Assembly: GCA_963761305.1 (NCBI GenBank)
Contig: CAVXGK010000002.1
Coordinates: 1,056,001 to 1,120,000, forward strand
Reading direction: 5' to 3'
DNA length: 64,000 nt
Source: an uncultured Gemmatimonadaceae bacterium
GTDB lineage: Bacteria; Gemmatimonadota; Gemmatimonadetes; Gemmatimonadales; Gemmatimonadaceae
In this document: positions 20,507-30,643 of the stretch, in pieces
Layout of the letters: the number at the start of each line of letters is the position of its first letter
Numbering within the stretch: the stretch's first letter is position 1
Notes under the pieces: model-generated
Database searches by the model: none
What the model saw: the letters and a program-made list of their open reading frames with translations, nothing else
What the model was told of the DNA's origin: nothing
Translations under genes and position numbers: made by a program

Positions 20507-21676
20507 ATGACGCGCGACGAGGTTTTCTTCCAAGCAAGCGCCGGCCCCGCGGCGAGGGGCCCGTCGCCAGACCAACGTTTGTTGCTGGACATCATTGATA
20601 CCGTGCGCGAGCCGCTGCTCGTGCTCGATTCCGAGTTCCGTGTGAGGCACGCCAACCGCGCGTTTTTTCAGACGTTTCGCGTCGCGCCCGAGGACACGAT
20701 CGGTGAAGCGCTGTTCACGTTGGGCGATGGTCAGTGGGACATTCCTCCCCTTCGGGCGTTGTTGCACGATCGCCTCGTCGCCGAGCGCGAGTTGTACGAC
20801 GTCGACGTCGACCACGTCTTTCCCGGCATCGGCCGCAAGATCATGCAGTTGAATGCCCGGTTCGTCTCGCACGGCGCGGACGTCTCAGGGCTGATTCTCC
20901 TGGCGATCGAAGACGTGACCGAGCGACGGCTCGCCGAACGGCACCTCGCCATTCAGCGCCGCGAGCTCGAGCGATCCAACGCCGCGCTGAACGAGTTCGC
21001 GTTCGTCGCCTCGCACGACCTCCAGGAGCCGTTGCGCAAAATCGTCTCGTTTGGCGAGCGACTCGGCACGTCGGCGGGCCCGCTCCTCGAGGGCAACCCG
21101 CGCCAATACCTCGACCGGATGCTCGACGCCACGGCGCGCATGCGCACCCTCATCGCCGATCTGCTGGCGTATTCGCAGATCAAGACGGACGCGGCAGCCT
21201 TCGCCCCGACGAGCCTGGCCATGATCGCGCGCGAAGTCGTCGCCGACCTGGAGACGGTCATCGCCGATACGGGCGGCCGGATCGACGTGGGCACGTTGCC
21301 GGCGATCGACGCCGACGCGTCGCAGATGCGCCAGCTGATGCAGAATCTCCTCAGCAACGCGCTCAAGTTTCGCCGTCCCGACGTGGCGCCGCTCATACAG
21401 CTCGGCGCCTCGGTCTCGCACGACGGGGTCTGTAGGATGACCGTGACCGACAACGGAATCGGCTTCAAGCAGGAACACGACGAAAAGATCTTTCGCCTGT
21501 TCGAGCGCCTTCATACGCGGACGCAGTTTCAAGGCTCCGGCATGGGACTGGCGATCTGTCGAAAGATCGTCGAGCGTCACGGCGGCAGCATCGCCGCGAC
21601 GAGCATCGTTGGTCAGGGAACGACGTTCACCGTCAACCTCCCCATCAGCCAGGCCCAGGTGGAGTACACGCCATGA
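20507..21676 (+). CDS. PAS-domain histidine kinase
   Basis: PAS (DTVREPLLVLD..ANRAF..GQWD), FAFVASHDLQEPLRKI, NLLSNALKF, GSGMGLAIC. Confidence 0.92.
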   Translation: MTRDEVFFQASAGPAARGPSPDQRLLLDIIDTVREPLLVLDSEFRVRHANRAFFQTFRVAPEDTIGEALFTLGDGQWDIPPLRALLHDRLVAERELYDVDVDHVFPGIGRKIMQLNARFVSHGADVSGLILLAIEDVTERRLAERHLAIQRRELERSNAALNEFAFVASHDLQEPLRKIVSFGERLGTSAGPLLEGNPRQYLDRMLDATARMRTLIADLLAYSQIKTDAAAFAPTSLAMIAREVVADLETVIADTGGRIDVGTLPAIDADASQMRQLMQNLLSNALKFRRPDVAPLIQLGASVSHDGVCRMTVTDNGIGFKQEHDEKIFRLFERLHTRTQFQGSGMGLAICRKIVERHGGSIAATSIVGQGTTFTVNLPISQAQVEYTP

Positions 21677-22140
21677 TGATGCAAGACAAGCACAAGATTC
21701 CGATCACGATTCTCATCTGCGATGATGATGATGACGACCGGATGCTGACCCGGCAGGCGCTCGAAGACGCGCACATCTCCAACGATCTGCGATTCGTCGA
21801 AGACGGCGAGGAGCTGCTGGACTACCTGTACCAGCGTGGTCCGTTCTCCGGTGAAACCGGAGCGGCGCCGCGGCCCGGGCTGATTCTGCTCGACCTCAAC
21901 ATGCCGAAGATGGACGGCCGCGAGGCGCTGCGGCGACTCAAGGGCGACGTCACCTTGCACGACATCCCGGTGGTGATTCTCACGACGTCGAACCTGGACG
22001 CCGACGTGATCAGGAGTTACCGGCTCGGCGTCAACTCCTTCATCACCAAGCCGGTCACGTTCTCGGGATTGGTCGAGGCGATGAACGTGCTCGGGCGGTA
22101 CTGGCTCGAAATCGTCGAATTGCCGCCGGTACCCGCGTAG
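21673..22140 (+). CDS. Single-domain response regulator (Rcp1-like)
   Basis: ILICDDD, LILLDLNMPKMDG, LTTS, SFITKP. Confidence 0.92.
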   Translation: MMMQDKHKIPITILICDDDDDDRMLTRQALEDAHISNDLRFVEDGEELLDYLYQRGPFSGETGAAPRPGLILLDLNMPKMDGREALRRLKGDVTLHDIPVVILTTSNLDADVIRSYRLGVNSFITKPVTFSGLVEAMNVLGRYWLEIVELPPVPA

Positions 22141-22258
22141 ACCTCAGCTCCGGGGTGACCCTGTTCGCGGCTCGCTAGCTGGCCGCGTGGCCGGCGTACC
22201 TACTTAATCACCCGTTCGTGTCATGGGTGATCGCGGCGATGAGAAGTAGGCTCCTTGG

Positions 22259-23383
22259 ATGAGCTTCTTCACGCGAATGATGTCGTATCTCACGCTCGGC
22301 TCCTCGCGGCCCGTTCGTCGCCTTGCCGCGTACTACGCGCTTCTCGCGATCGTCGGTCTGGTGGTGTTCCACTTCTTTCCGGCACTCGACCACCTGCTGA
22401 CCGGCGACCGCCTCAAACACCTCGCGAAGGCCCCGGCGGCGTTGTTGCGCGACAGTGTCTCGGCCGCCCAGTCCCAGGCCCCGCCGATGGATCTCATGGA
22501 GCGCGCCACGTTCGGCTTGAGCACCGCCTTCATCCTGCTCAGCACGCTGGCGCTCATGCTCCCGGTCACCTGGGTCTACATGTCGGCGCGATCGGCCCAG
22601 GGACACAACCAGTCCGTCGTGCAGGTGCTGATCGTATTGCCGATGATCGTCGCCGGTGTCGTGCTGATCGTGAGCAACAGCCTCGCGCTGGCGTTCAGCC
22701 TTGGCGGCGTGGTGGCCGCCGTCCGGTTCCGTACGAACATGTCCGACTCTCGCGACATCGTGTTCATCTTTCTCGCGATCGCCGTCGGCTTCGCCGCGGG
22801 CGTTCAGGACATCACGATCGCATTGACGTTGTCGTGCATCTTCAATTTTGTCCTCGTCTTTCTGTGGCGATCCGACTTCGGACGCACCGTGCTCGAGCCG
22901 ACCGCTTCATCGCAGTGGGCCGAGCCGCTCGGCGACCTCGCCGGAAAGGACCACGGCGGCAACGTCGTTCCCGATCGCGATCTCGTTCTCGCGTTGACGC
23001 CGAACAAAGTGGAGGCGCTCGCCGAACGATTCGAGCGTGTGCGCGTTCTCCTCGGACGAAACGGAAAGAAGCCGAGGTTCGACGCGGTCCTCGCCGTCAC
23101 CACGTCCGAGCTCGACGGCGCCCAGAAGCACATCGAGAAGACCCTGAATGACGTCAGCAAGCGATGGAAGCTCGACGAGGTTGTCACCAACGCCGGCAAA
23201 CCGTCCGAGCTCTACTATCTCCTTCGCACTCGCAAATCGGTGAACCGCGACGCGATGTTGACGGCGATCCGGTCAGGCGGCAATGGGTTCATCGATCAGG
23301 CCGACGTGGAAATTGGCGATGCGTTGGCGAAGGAAGCCGGCGAGGTTCGCCAGGAACGCAAGAAGGCTGAGGCACCCGTATGA
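22259..23383 (+). CDS. DUF4956-like membrane protein
   Basis: NSLALAFSLGGVVAAVRFR...D-x-x-D-x-x-FIF-x-AIA-x-G motif. Confidence 0.75.
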   Translation: MSFFTRMMSYLTLGSSRPVRRLAAYYALLAIVGLVVFHFFPALDHLLTGDRLKHLAKAPAALLRDSVSAAQSQAPPMDLMERATFGLSTAFILLSTLALMLPVTWVYMSARSAQGHNQSVVQVLIVLPMIVAGVVLIVSNSLALAFSLGGVVAAVRFRTNMSDSRDIVFIFLAIAVGFAAGVQDITIALTLSCIFNFVLVFLWRSDFGRTVLEPTASSQWAEPLGDLAGKDHGGNVVPDRDLVLALTPNKVEALAERFERVRVLLGRNGKKPRFDAVLAVTTSELDGAQKHIEKTLNDVSKRWKLDEVVTNAGKPSELYYLLRTRKSVNRDAMLTAIRSGGNGFIDQADVEIGDALAKEAGEVRQERKKAEAPV

Positions 23384-25950
23384 ACGCCACATGGCGTGCC
23401 GCGTCGATCGTCATCGGGACCGCGACCCTCGTGTCAGCGGTTTCATGGCCCGCCGCGGCACAGCCTGGGCCTTCGCCCACGCTGAAGCCAGAAAGCGTCA
23501 CCGTCGCGGCGGGAGCGCGCTACCAGGCGGGCACATTCTATCGATGGTTCGCAGGTGGCGCGTACCGCGACCTGTGGGCGATGCCGATTCGCGTCCCCGT
23601 GCTCGACTGGCAGACCTACCTCGGCGGGCTGCATCCGACGAAGGAAGGCGGTGGGATGCAGACCAAGTCTCTGCGTCTCGAGACCGCCGACGGCACCGAG
23701 TACGTGTTCCGCCTCTCCGACAAGGGCGCGACCGGCGCGCCGAAGGGATTCGAGCACACGCCGGTTGGCGGATTCTTTCAGGACCAAGTCAGCGCCGAGC
23801 ATCCGGCGGCCGCCGAAATCTCGGCGCCGATCCTCGAAGCGAGCGGCGTCCTCCATCCGACCGCGGTGCTCGTCGTCATGCCCAACGATTCCGCGCTCGG
23901 CAAGTTCAGCGCGGATTTCGCCGGACGTCTCGGCATGATCGAGGAATTCCCCAACGTGCCGAAGGGCGCGCCGGGGTTCGCTCGCGCAACGAAAATCATC
24001 GACAGCCCGGAGCTGCTGAAGCTCCTCAACGAGGACCCTGGCGAGCACGCCGACGCCCGCGCGTTTCTTGCCGCGCGGCTGACCGATTTCCTGATCAACG
24101 ACAACGATCGTCACTCCGGTCAGTGGAAGTGGGCGCGGATGAAGTCGGGGCCGAAGACAGAATGGGAGCCGATCGCCCGCGACCGAGACCACGCCTTCGT
24201 GTCCTATGACGGTTTTCTCCTGAGACTGGCCGCGATGGGCAAAACGAGCCTGATCTCGTTCGGCAACGCGCCGGACGTGGTCGGACTCACGCAGCCGAGA
24301 GACTTCGATGCGCGGCTCCTGGCGGGGCTCGAGAAGCCGGTGTGGGATTCGATCGCGCTGGCGGTGCAGTCGCACGTCACCAACGCGGTGATCAACGAGG
24401 CCGCGCGGGCGATGCCGCTCGAGTATCAGGCGTCGGTCGCGAGGCTCGAGGCGGTGCTCATCAAGCGCCGTGACGCGCTGCCCAAGGCGGCTGACCAGTA
24501 CTACCGTCTGCTCGCCGCCCGGGTCGAAGTGCACGGGAGCGACTCGGCCGATCGCGCGCTGGTCACGCGCACGAGCGATGGCGTGGTGGACGTCCGCCTC
24601 GAGTCGGGAGGAGCGACCTTCTTTGCTCGCCGCTTCGACCCGCGCGAGACGTCGGAGATCGTCATCTACCTGCACGGCGGCGACGATACGGCGCTTGTGA
24701 CGGGCCATGCGCGGACGAGCATTCCGCTCCGAATCATCGGCGGGAACGGCACCAACACGTTCATCGATTCATCGACGGTCGGCGGACAGCCGCACACAAC
24801 GCGTTTGTACGATTCGGGCACAGTCGTCGGCGTGTCGTATGGGCCGGACACCTTATTCGATCGGCGGCCGTGGGAGACAAAGAACGGAACGCTCTCGCCG
24901 CCGGGTCCCGACTTCGGTGTGACGTACACCCCGCTGGTGGGACTCAGCGACCATCGCGGGGTCGGCATCACGCCGCGATTCGGTGTCGCGCGGTACACGT
25001 ACGGGTTCGGCGATCGGCCGTATGAATCGATGCTCGCGGTCGATGGCGAGTACGCCACGGAGTTTCGCGGAGCACGCGTCACCGTCGAGGCGGATCGGCG
25101 ATTGGAGTCTTCTCCAATCCACTTTGCGGCCATCGCGAGAGCATCCGATTTCGAGGTCACCAACTTCAACGGCTTCGGAAACGCGACTGCCGACTCCGGC
25201 GGCACGAATCCATACTTCGCGGTGCATCAGCGGCAGTGGATGTTTCATCCCGCGATCGCGCTCGCCATCGGGTCCACGACGGACATTTCGCTGGGGCCGG
25301 TCATCCAGCACTCGGTCAGCGACAGCGCGCGAAGCCCATATCTGGCGACGGCTCGTCCATACGGATTCGGCGCCTTTACCCAAGCCGGAATGCGATTCGA
25401 TGCGCGGTACGAGTGGCACGCGGTGCCCGACAGTGAGGAGCACACGCGCCACAGGGTCCTGATCGCGCTCAACGGATCCTACTTCCCCGCCGCGATGGAT
25501 GTGCGCTCGCCGTTCGAGGAAGTTGCCGCTGCGGTCGCAACGTCCGTCACCGTCCCGGTTCCGACGCATCCGTTGTTCATCGTCCGGACTGGCGCCAAGA
25601 AATTGTATGGCGACTTTCCGTTCTACGAGGCGGCGGCCATCGGCGGCGAAGGAACCACGCGCTACATGGATCCGCAGCGATACGCGGGCGACGCGGCGCT
25701 CTACGCGACGTCGGAGCTTCGAATTCCCCTCGCACGATTCACCGTCCTGTTGCCGTTGCGCGCCGGGGTCCTCGGCATTGCCGAGGCAGGACGGGTGTAC
25801 GTCGGCGGGAGCTCGCCGGGCGGGTGGCATTCGCGGACCGGCGAAGGAATCTGGGTGGGCCGTGCAGACGCGTCGCCCGTCGTCACGTTGACGCGAACCA
25901 CGGAGCCGGGTCACACCGGATTGCAACTCGGGCTCGGTCTGAATTTCTGA
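23380..25950 (+). CDS. Omp85-like outer-membrane protein with N-terminal atypical kinase-like domain
   Basis: Signal peptide; GGGMQTKSLRL, DFLINDNDRHSGQW, PIARDRDHAF; C-terminal barrel ending GLGLNF. Confidence 0.7.
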   Translation: MNATWRAASIVIGTATLVSAVSWPAAAQPGPSPTLKPESVTVAAGARYQAGTFYRWFAGGAYRDLWAMPIRVPVLDWQTYLGGLHPTKEGGGMQTKSLRLETADGTEYVFRLSDKGATGAPKGFEHTPVGGFFQDQVSAEHPAAAEISAPILEASGVLHPTAVLVVMPNDSALGKFSADFAGRLGMIEEFPNVPKGAPGFARATKIIDSPELLKLLNEDPGEHADARAFLAARLTDFLINDNDRHSGQWKWARMKSGPKTEWEPIARDRDHAFVSYDGFLLRLAAMGKTSLISFGNAPDVVGLTQPRDFDARLLAGLEKPVWDSIALAVQSHVTNAVINEAARAMPLEYQASVARLEAVLIKRRDALPKAADQYYRLLAARVEVHGSDSADRALVTRTSDGVVDVRLESGGATFFARRFDPRETSEIVIYLHGGDDTALVTGHARTSIPLRIIGGNGTNTFIDSSTVGGQPHTTRLYDSGTVVGVSYGPDTLFDRRPWETKNGTLSPPGPDFGVTYTPLVGLSDHRGVGITPRFGVARYTYGFGDRPYESMLAVDGEYATEFRGARVTVEADRRLESSPIHFAAIARASDFEVTNFNGFGNATADSGGTNPYFAVHQRQWMFHPAIALAIGSTTDISLGPVIQHSVSDSARSPYLATARPYGFGAFTQAGMRFDARYEWHAVPDSEEHTRHRVLIALNGSYFPAAMDVRSPFEEVAAAVATSVTVPVPTHPLFIVRTGAKKLYGDFPFYEAAAIGGEGTTRYMDPQRYAGDAALYATSELRIPLARFTVLLPLRAGVLGIAEAGRVYVGGSSPGGWHSRTGEGIWVGRADASPVVTLTRTTEPGHTGLQLGLGLNF

Positions 25951-25994
25951 GCGACCGGCGTCTCGCCGTCGCTCTTCATCCACCAGGAACGATC

Positions 25995-26963
25995 ATGCCT
26001 TCCATGAGGTACAGGGGTCCGCTCGTCGGGTTGCTGGTCGCGCTGCTCGTCCTGGACTGCAAGCCACCGGTCGATCTCACGCCGCCGCCCGCCGCCTCGG
26101 CGGCGGCCCTCGTCGCACTGACAGGCGCCTCCGTGATGGTCGGCGTTGGGGACATCGCCAGCTGTTCGCAGCGCTTGAGCTACGGCACCGCCCGATTGGT
26201 CGACAGCGTGCTTCGCGCCGACAGCGTCGCCAAGGTGCCCAACGCGGTTTTCACGCTGGGCGACAATGCCTATTCGTCCGGCACGACCGCCCAGTTCAAT
26301 CAGTGCTTCGCGCCCTCCTGGGGCGATCCGCAAAAAGGAATCATCAAGAGCCTGCACCCCGCTCCCGGCAACCACGAGTACCAAACCTTGAATGCCGATC
26401 CGTACTACAAGTACTTCGGACCGGCGGCCGGCGACGAGGGCAAAGGCTATTACAGCTACGACGTCGGCGCCTGGCACGTGGTCGTCGTCAACAGCGAGAT
26501 CGTCGTGAACTCGAGCTTCACGGATTCCGCGCGGCAGGCGCAGATGGACTGGGTGGCGAAGGATCTCAAGGCGCACAAAAAGCTCTGCACCATCGCTTAC
26601 TGGCATAATCCGCGATTCAGCTCCGGATGGCACGGGAGTGACCGCCGGTTCATTCCGATGTGGCGGATTCTCTACGACAACGACGTGGATCTCGTGTTGA
26701 ACGGCCACGATCACGACTACGAGCGCTTTCGCCCGATGACCCCGGACGGCGTGGCCGATACGACGAAGGGGATTACGGAGATCGTCGCGGGCACGGGTGG
26801 TGAAGAGCTGCGCGGATTCAGCAGCATCAACCCCAACAGCCTGTATCGAATCGAGGGGCGCGCGGGGGTACTACTGCTGACGCTCGGCGCCGCCGAGTAC
26901 CGGTCCGCGTTCATCGAGATCGGGGGACGCGTGTGGGATCAGAGTGGCGGAAAGTGCCATTGA
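25995..26963 (+). CDS. Calcineurin-like metallophosphoesterase, probable lipoprotein
   Basis: GDIA, GDNAY, PGNHEY, GHDHDYER motifs; hydrophobic leader ending LVLDC. Confidence 0.88.
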   Translation: MPSMRYRGPLVGLLVALLVLDCKPPVDLTPPPAASAAALVALTGASVMVGVGDIASCSQRLSYGTARLVDSVLRADSVAKVPNAVFTLGDNAYSSGTTAQFNQCFAPSWGDPQKGIIKSLHPAPGNHEYQTLNADPYYKYFGPAAGDEGKGYYSYDVGAWHVVVVNSEIVVNSSFTDSARQAQMDWVAKDLKAHKKLCTIAYWHNPRFSSGWHGSDRRFIPMWRILYDNDVDLVLNGHDHDYERFRPMTPDGVADTTKGITEIVAGTGGEELRGFSSINPNSLYRIEGRAGVLLLTLGAAEYRSAFIEIGGRVWDQSGGKCH

Positions 26964-27406
26964 TGGGCTTCGAGCATGGTTGGCTTCTTTGGGCGGGGGG
27001 AATGATGGATTCGGGTGTCGTTCGGCGTGTGAAGAGTAAGGGTACGGTGCTCGTCGCATCGACCAACACGGCCTTTGCCACGACCGTCGGGCAATTGGTG
27101 CGTGACTGCGGCTTCGCGCCGGCATTTCCGACGGAATTCGAGGGACCATGGCTGTCCCTGACAAGGACACAGCCCCGAGTCGTGATCTGCGACTATGACG
27201 CGCAGGTCGGCCTGGTTCACCGATTGATCATCGAGAGCTCGGCTCGGCGCGTACCGCTGGTGGTGTTCCACTCGTCCGAGCGGAGCGCCGCATCGCCGGC
27301 CTTCGCAGCGGTGGAGCGGATCACGTGGCTCAAGCTTCCCGTGTCGCCGGCGGTTTTCGGCCGGGTGCTGGGCGATCTCGTGCCGCCGGCGCGACACGCG
27401 GCGTAG
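26963..27406 (+). CDS. Degenerate receiver-like protein (start uncertain)
   Basis: TVLVAS..PRVVICD..VPLVVF..WLKLP resembles a REC fold without canonical acidic residues. Confidence 0.5.
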   Translation: MGFEHGWLLWAGGMMDSGVVRRVKSKGTVLVASTNTAFATTVGQLVRDCGFAPAFPTEFEGPWLSLTRTQPRVVICDYDAQVGLVHRLIIESSARRVPLVVFHSSERSAASPAFAAVERITWLKLPVSPAVFGRVLGDLVPPARHAA

Positions 27407-27437
27407 GTAGTGTATAGTATATATGTTAGAGTGCTAA

Positions 27438-27452
27438 TGGCACGACTGATGC
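27438..27452 (+). promoter_or_regulatory. Putative sigma-54 promoter
   Basis: TGGCAC-N5-ATGC with correct GG/GC spacing; AT-rich tract directly upstream. Confidence 0.45.
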
Positions 27453-27516
27453 CTTAGATCAGTCGTTGATTCCCTTGGCGCTTCGCCAAGATCCGTTGCC
27501 TGGAGGCAACCCACCT

Positions 27517-28224
27517 ATGAAACGATCGACACTTCTCACCACGTCCGCCGCGCTGCTGCTCGTCGCCGGCGTCGCCCACGCGCAAGATCCGGATCGCGGT
27601 CGCGGCCGCGGTCAGGATCCGAAACCCGTCCCGCAGCAGGAACAGCAGCAGCGAGTGGACGAGCAGCGCCACCGCGACACCGCCTACAAGGCGGCGCTCG
27701 CCAATCAGGTGCGCGGTACGCAACAGGCCTCGGCGGCGTTGCAGCAGCAGAAACGCAGCGCCCAGTACACCGTGAGCCAGCAGTACGCGGCGAACCTGCG
27801 ACTCCAGCAAAAGCGGCTCAACACTCCGCGCGACGTTCAGCGCGACCCGTACTACTCGGCGCCGATGACCTTCCGGTATACCGTCGGGTCGACCGATCGC
27901 GAAACCAACAGGTATGGCGCCGACGTGATGCGACAAGCGGTGAACAACGGCTATCAGCAGGGATGGAAGGCCGGACGCGCCGATCGCAGCGATCACTGGC
28001 CCTCGAACTATCAGAAGTCGTATGGCTACGAGGACGCCAACTACGGATTCAGCGGCACCTACCTCCCGCAGAGTGATTACAACTACTACTTCCGCGAGGG
28101 GTTCCAGCGCGGTTACGAGGACGGCTACGCCAAGCACCCGCAGTACGGCGCCGTGGTCAACGGGTCCCCGTCCATTCTGGGCAACATTCTTTCCGGTATT
28201 CTAGGCTTGCACAGCATTGGTTGA
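27517..28224 (+). CDS. Secreted Gln/Tyr-rich hypothetical protein
   Basis: GGAGG SD, signal peptide VAHA, GY-x-x-G-x-x-AG-x-AD and FREGFQRGYEDGY. Confidence 0.75.
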   Translation: MKRSTLLTTSAALLLVAGVAHAQDPDRGRGRGQDPKPVPQQEQQQRVDEQRHRDTAYKAALANQVRGTQQASAALQQQKRSAQYTVSQQYAANLRLQQKRLNTPRDVQRDPYYSAPMTFRYTVGSTDRETNRYGADVMRQAVNNGYQQGWKAGRADRSDHWPSNYQKSYGYEDANYGFSGTYLPQSDYNYYFREGFQRGYEDGYAKHPQYGAVVNGSPSILGNILSGILGLHSIG

Positions 28225-28248
28225 ACGTCGGCCGCTTGGAGAATGCAG

Positions 28249-28275
28249 GGGACGGCGCGCTAGCGCCGTCCCTTT
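28249..28275 (+). terminator. Intrinsic terminator-like hairpin
   Basis: 10-bp stem GGGACGGCGC/GCGCCGTCCC, loop GCTA, short T run. Confidence 0.6.
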
Positions 28276-28315
28276 GCCGTTTCTGCGTGATTGCCCGGGC
28301 ACGCGACGTTGAACG

Positions 28316-28454
28316 ACAACAGCTGGTAGGACAACGATTTCGCGGATAACCACGCGGATCTCGCGGAGACTGCAAAGGCAAAACCATAATTGGTGTTGCT
28401 GTAATCCGCGAAATCGGCCGTCATCCGCGAAATCGTTGTACCACCTCGCTGTTG
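28316..28454. repeat. Long imperfect inverted repeat (REP/REPIN-like)
   Basis: ACAACGATTTCGCGGAT at 28331 pairs with ATCCGCGAAATCGTTGT at 28423; internal duplicates of the core. Confidence 0.75.
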
Positions 28455-28476
28455 CAGTTGCCGCCCAACACAGTCC

Positions 28477-30481
28477 CTAACGCATCCCGGCCTTCTCCAG
28501 CGCCGTCGTCCCCCCGACGATCGGGATCGAGAACGACGAATGCGCGAGATCGACCGTCAGCTGCGTTCCCGCCCTCGGCCACAGCGTGAACTCCCGGTCG
28601 CTCGACATGATCATCACCGCCAAGCGCTTCCCGGCCGGCACGAACTCGTCGTCCGGCTGTAGATCGAACGTGAGATCGTAGAACTTCCCCGGCACCAGCT
28701 TCTCACCGGGCCGCTTCGAGTCGTAGTTGCCGCCCTTCGTGAGCGATTTGTAATTCTGCGGGTCCGCCCAGCCGCGCGTGATGAGTCCCACGTGGCTCTG
28801 CGATCCCATCCGCGTCGAGTCGTACGGCAGCATCACCAGCCACACGCTCAGATTCGCCGCCGGCGCGCTCGACGCGATCCGAAGCGTCACCCTCGGCGTT
28901 CCGGAGATGTGCACCGTGTCGTGAAAGATCGGCGTCGCGTAGACCAACCGGTTCGGTGACCGGTCCATCATCGCGTACGTCGCTGCCGCTCTTGCCGACG
29001 TCGTCGACCAGCGAGTCGGTCCCGCTGTTTGCGTTCGTGAGTGAGAGAACCGCAATGTTCGTCCCGCCCGCAGACGGGTGAAACACCACCGGCACCGAAC
29101 CCGGCACCGGGAACGACGCGAACGGCGTCGGCGGCATGACAGGCCCGCCTCTGCCCCGCCCACGACCCACGCCCACCGTCGTCGAATCGGGGCCTCGCGC
29201 TGCCGCCACTTGCATCGCCGCCTGAGCCGCCGCCACCGCCCGCGGCTCCTGCGCCGCCGCGTCCTGAACGATCCATACAGGCGGATCCTTCTCGACGCCG
29301 TTGTCGACACCATACAGGTAATGGCTGAACCATCGGTTCAGCATGTCGGCCGGCGGGTTGCCGCCGTGACCGCCCTGATGGAGATAGATCGATACAGGCA
29401 GCCCCCGCGCTCTCATTTCATTGTATATCCGCACGCTGTGCTCGGGGACCACGTTGTAGTCGTTGAACCCGTGCGCGAGCAGCACCGCGGCCTTGATGTC
29501 CTTCACGTGCGGCAGGAGATCGCGCGCTGCCCAGAAATCGTTGTAGTCGCCCGTCGCCCGATCCTGACCCTTTGGTCCGGCGAAGATTCCGTTCTTGTAC
29601 AGGTTGTCGCAGTTCGCCCGGCCGGTGCTGTCACCGCTGGCGATGAAGTCGTACAACACATCGACGTCCTCGCCGAGGTAGCCGCCAGGTGAGCGAACCA
29701 GCCCGTTGGTGCGGTAGTAGTGGTAGTACGAGGTGTTGGGCGACACGGGCACCACGACCTCGAGACCCTTCACGCCGGTCGTCGCCGCCGCGAGCGGCAG
29801 CGTCCCTTCATATGAAGTGCCGATCATCCCCACCTTGCCCGTCGACCAGCTCGTCGCCTTCACTTCCTCGTTGCCGGTCTCGGTCGTGTAGCCCTTCGCA
29901 CGGCCGTTGAGCCAGTCGACGACGAACTTCATCGGCAGCCGCTCCGGCGCGTCGCCCACTGTCGGGCAGCCTTGCGACCGCCCGGTCCCGGGCGCCTCGG
30001 AGTGCACGACGGCAAAGCCGCGCGGCACCCACTCGTTGACCAGCGCGTTAGAGATTCGTGAACGATTCGCCTGATACGGCGGCTCGTTCATGTGGCCGCG
30101 CGGCTCCGGCTGATCGTTGAGCTCCTGCTGGACGTTCCAATTCACCTGGCCGCGCGACGTGCCGGCGTAGTACGGGCTGGATCCATACAGAATCGAGACC
30201 TTGAGCCCCTCCGTCTCCGTCTGGCGCGGCCGGGTGACGTCGACGTGCACCCGGTCCGGCTTGCCGTCGTGGTCGCTGTCGAAGTTGGTCTCGACCCACA
30301 GCTCCTGCCGAATCCATTGCGACGAGTCCTGAAATGCCGGAACGACTTGGGCCATTCCGTTCGTGAAGACCGGCGCCGCCTTGGCCGGCGCTTGCGCCCT
30401 CGCGGAAGTACTGGCGAGAAGCAGAACAGGAATCACGGCGGCGGCGCGGAGCGCGCTGGGCGAACGTCGGCGATGCGGCAT
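28477..30481 (-). CDS. Xaa-Pro dipeptidyl-peptidase (S15, CocE/NonD-like), one frameshift near 28983
   Basis: GKVGMIGTSYEG nucleophile, HGFND-x-NV, QGGH; C-terminal domain continues in another frame (ISGTPRV, ITRGWADPQN). Confidence 0.85.
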
Positions 30482-30643
30482 GGGGGGAGAGATCCGTAAT
30501 GGGAATGGCGGAAATGAAGATACGCTGCACATAGGGGGTTCGGGTTGCTTGCACTATTAGAATGAAGCGTCTTCCATCTTGGCCAAGAGCACCATCAGTA
30601 TTGGCTCGAGACGCACAACCCGACCCATCACTCAACCCAACCC

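Noticed and set aside
27429..27437. CIRCE element (GAGTGCTAA)
   Set aside because: Only the right half-site is present; the left arm position does not match TTAGCACTC
28975..28990. Programmed frameshifting in the peptidase and other split genes
   Set aside because: No slippery sequences; the uniform +1 pattern fits sequencing error
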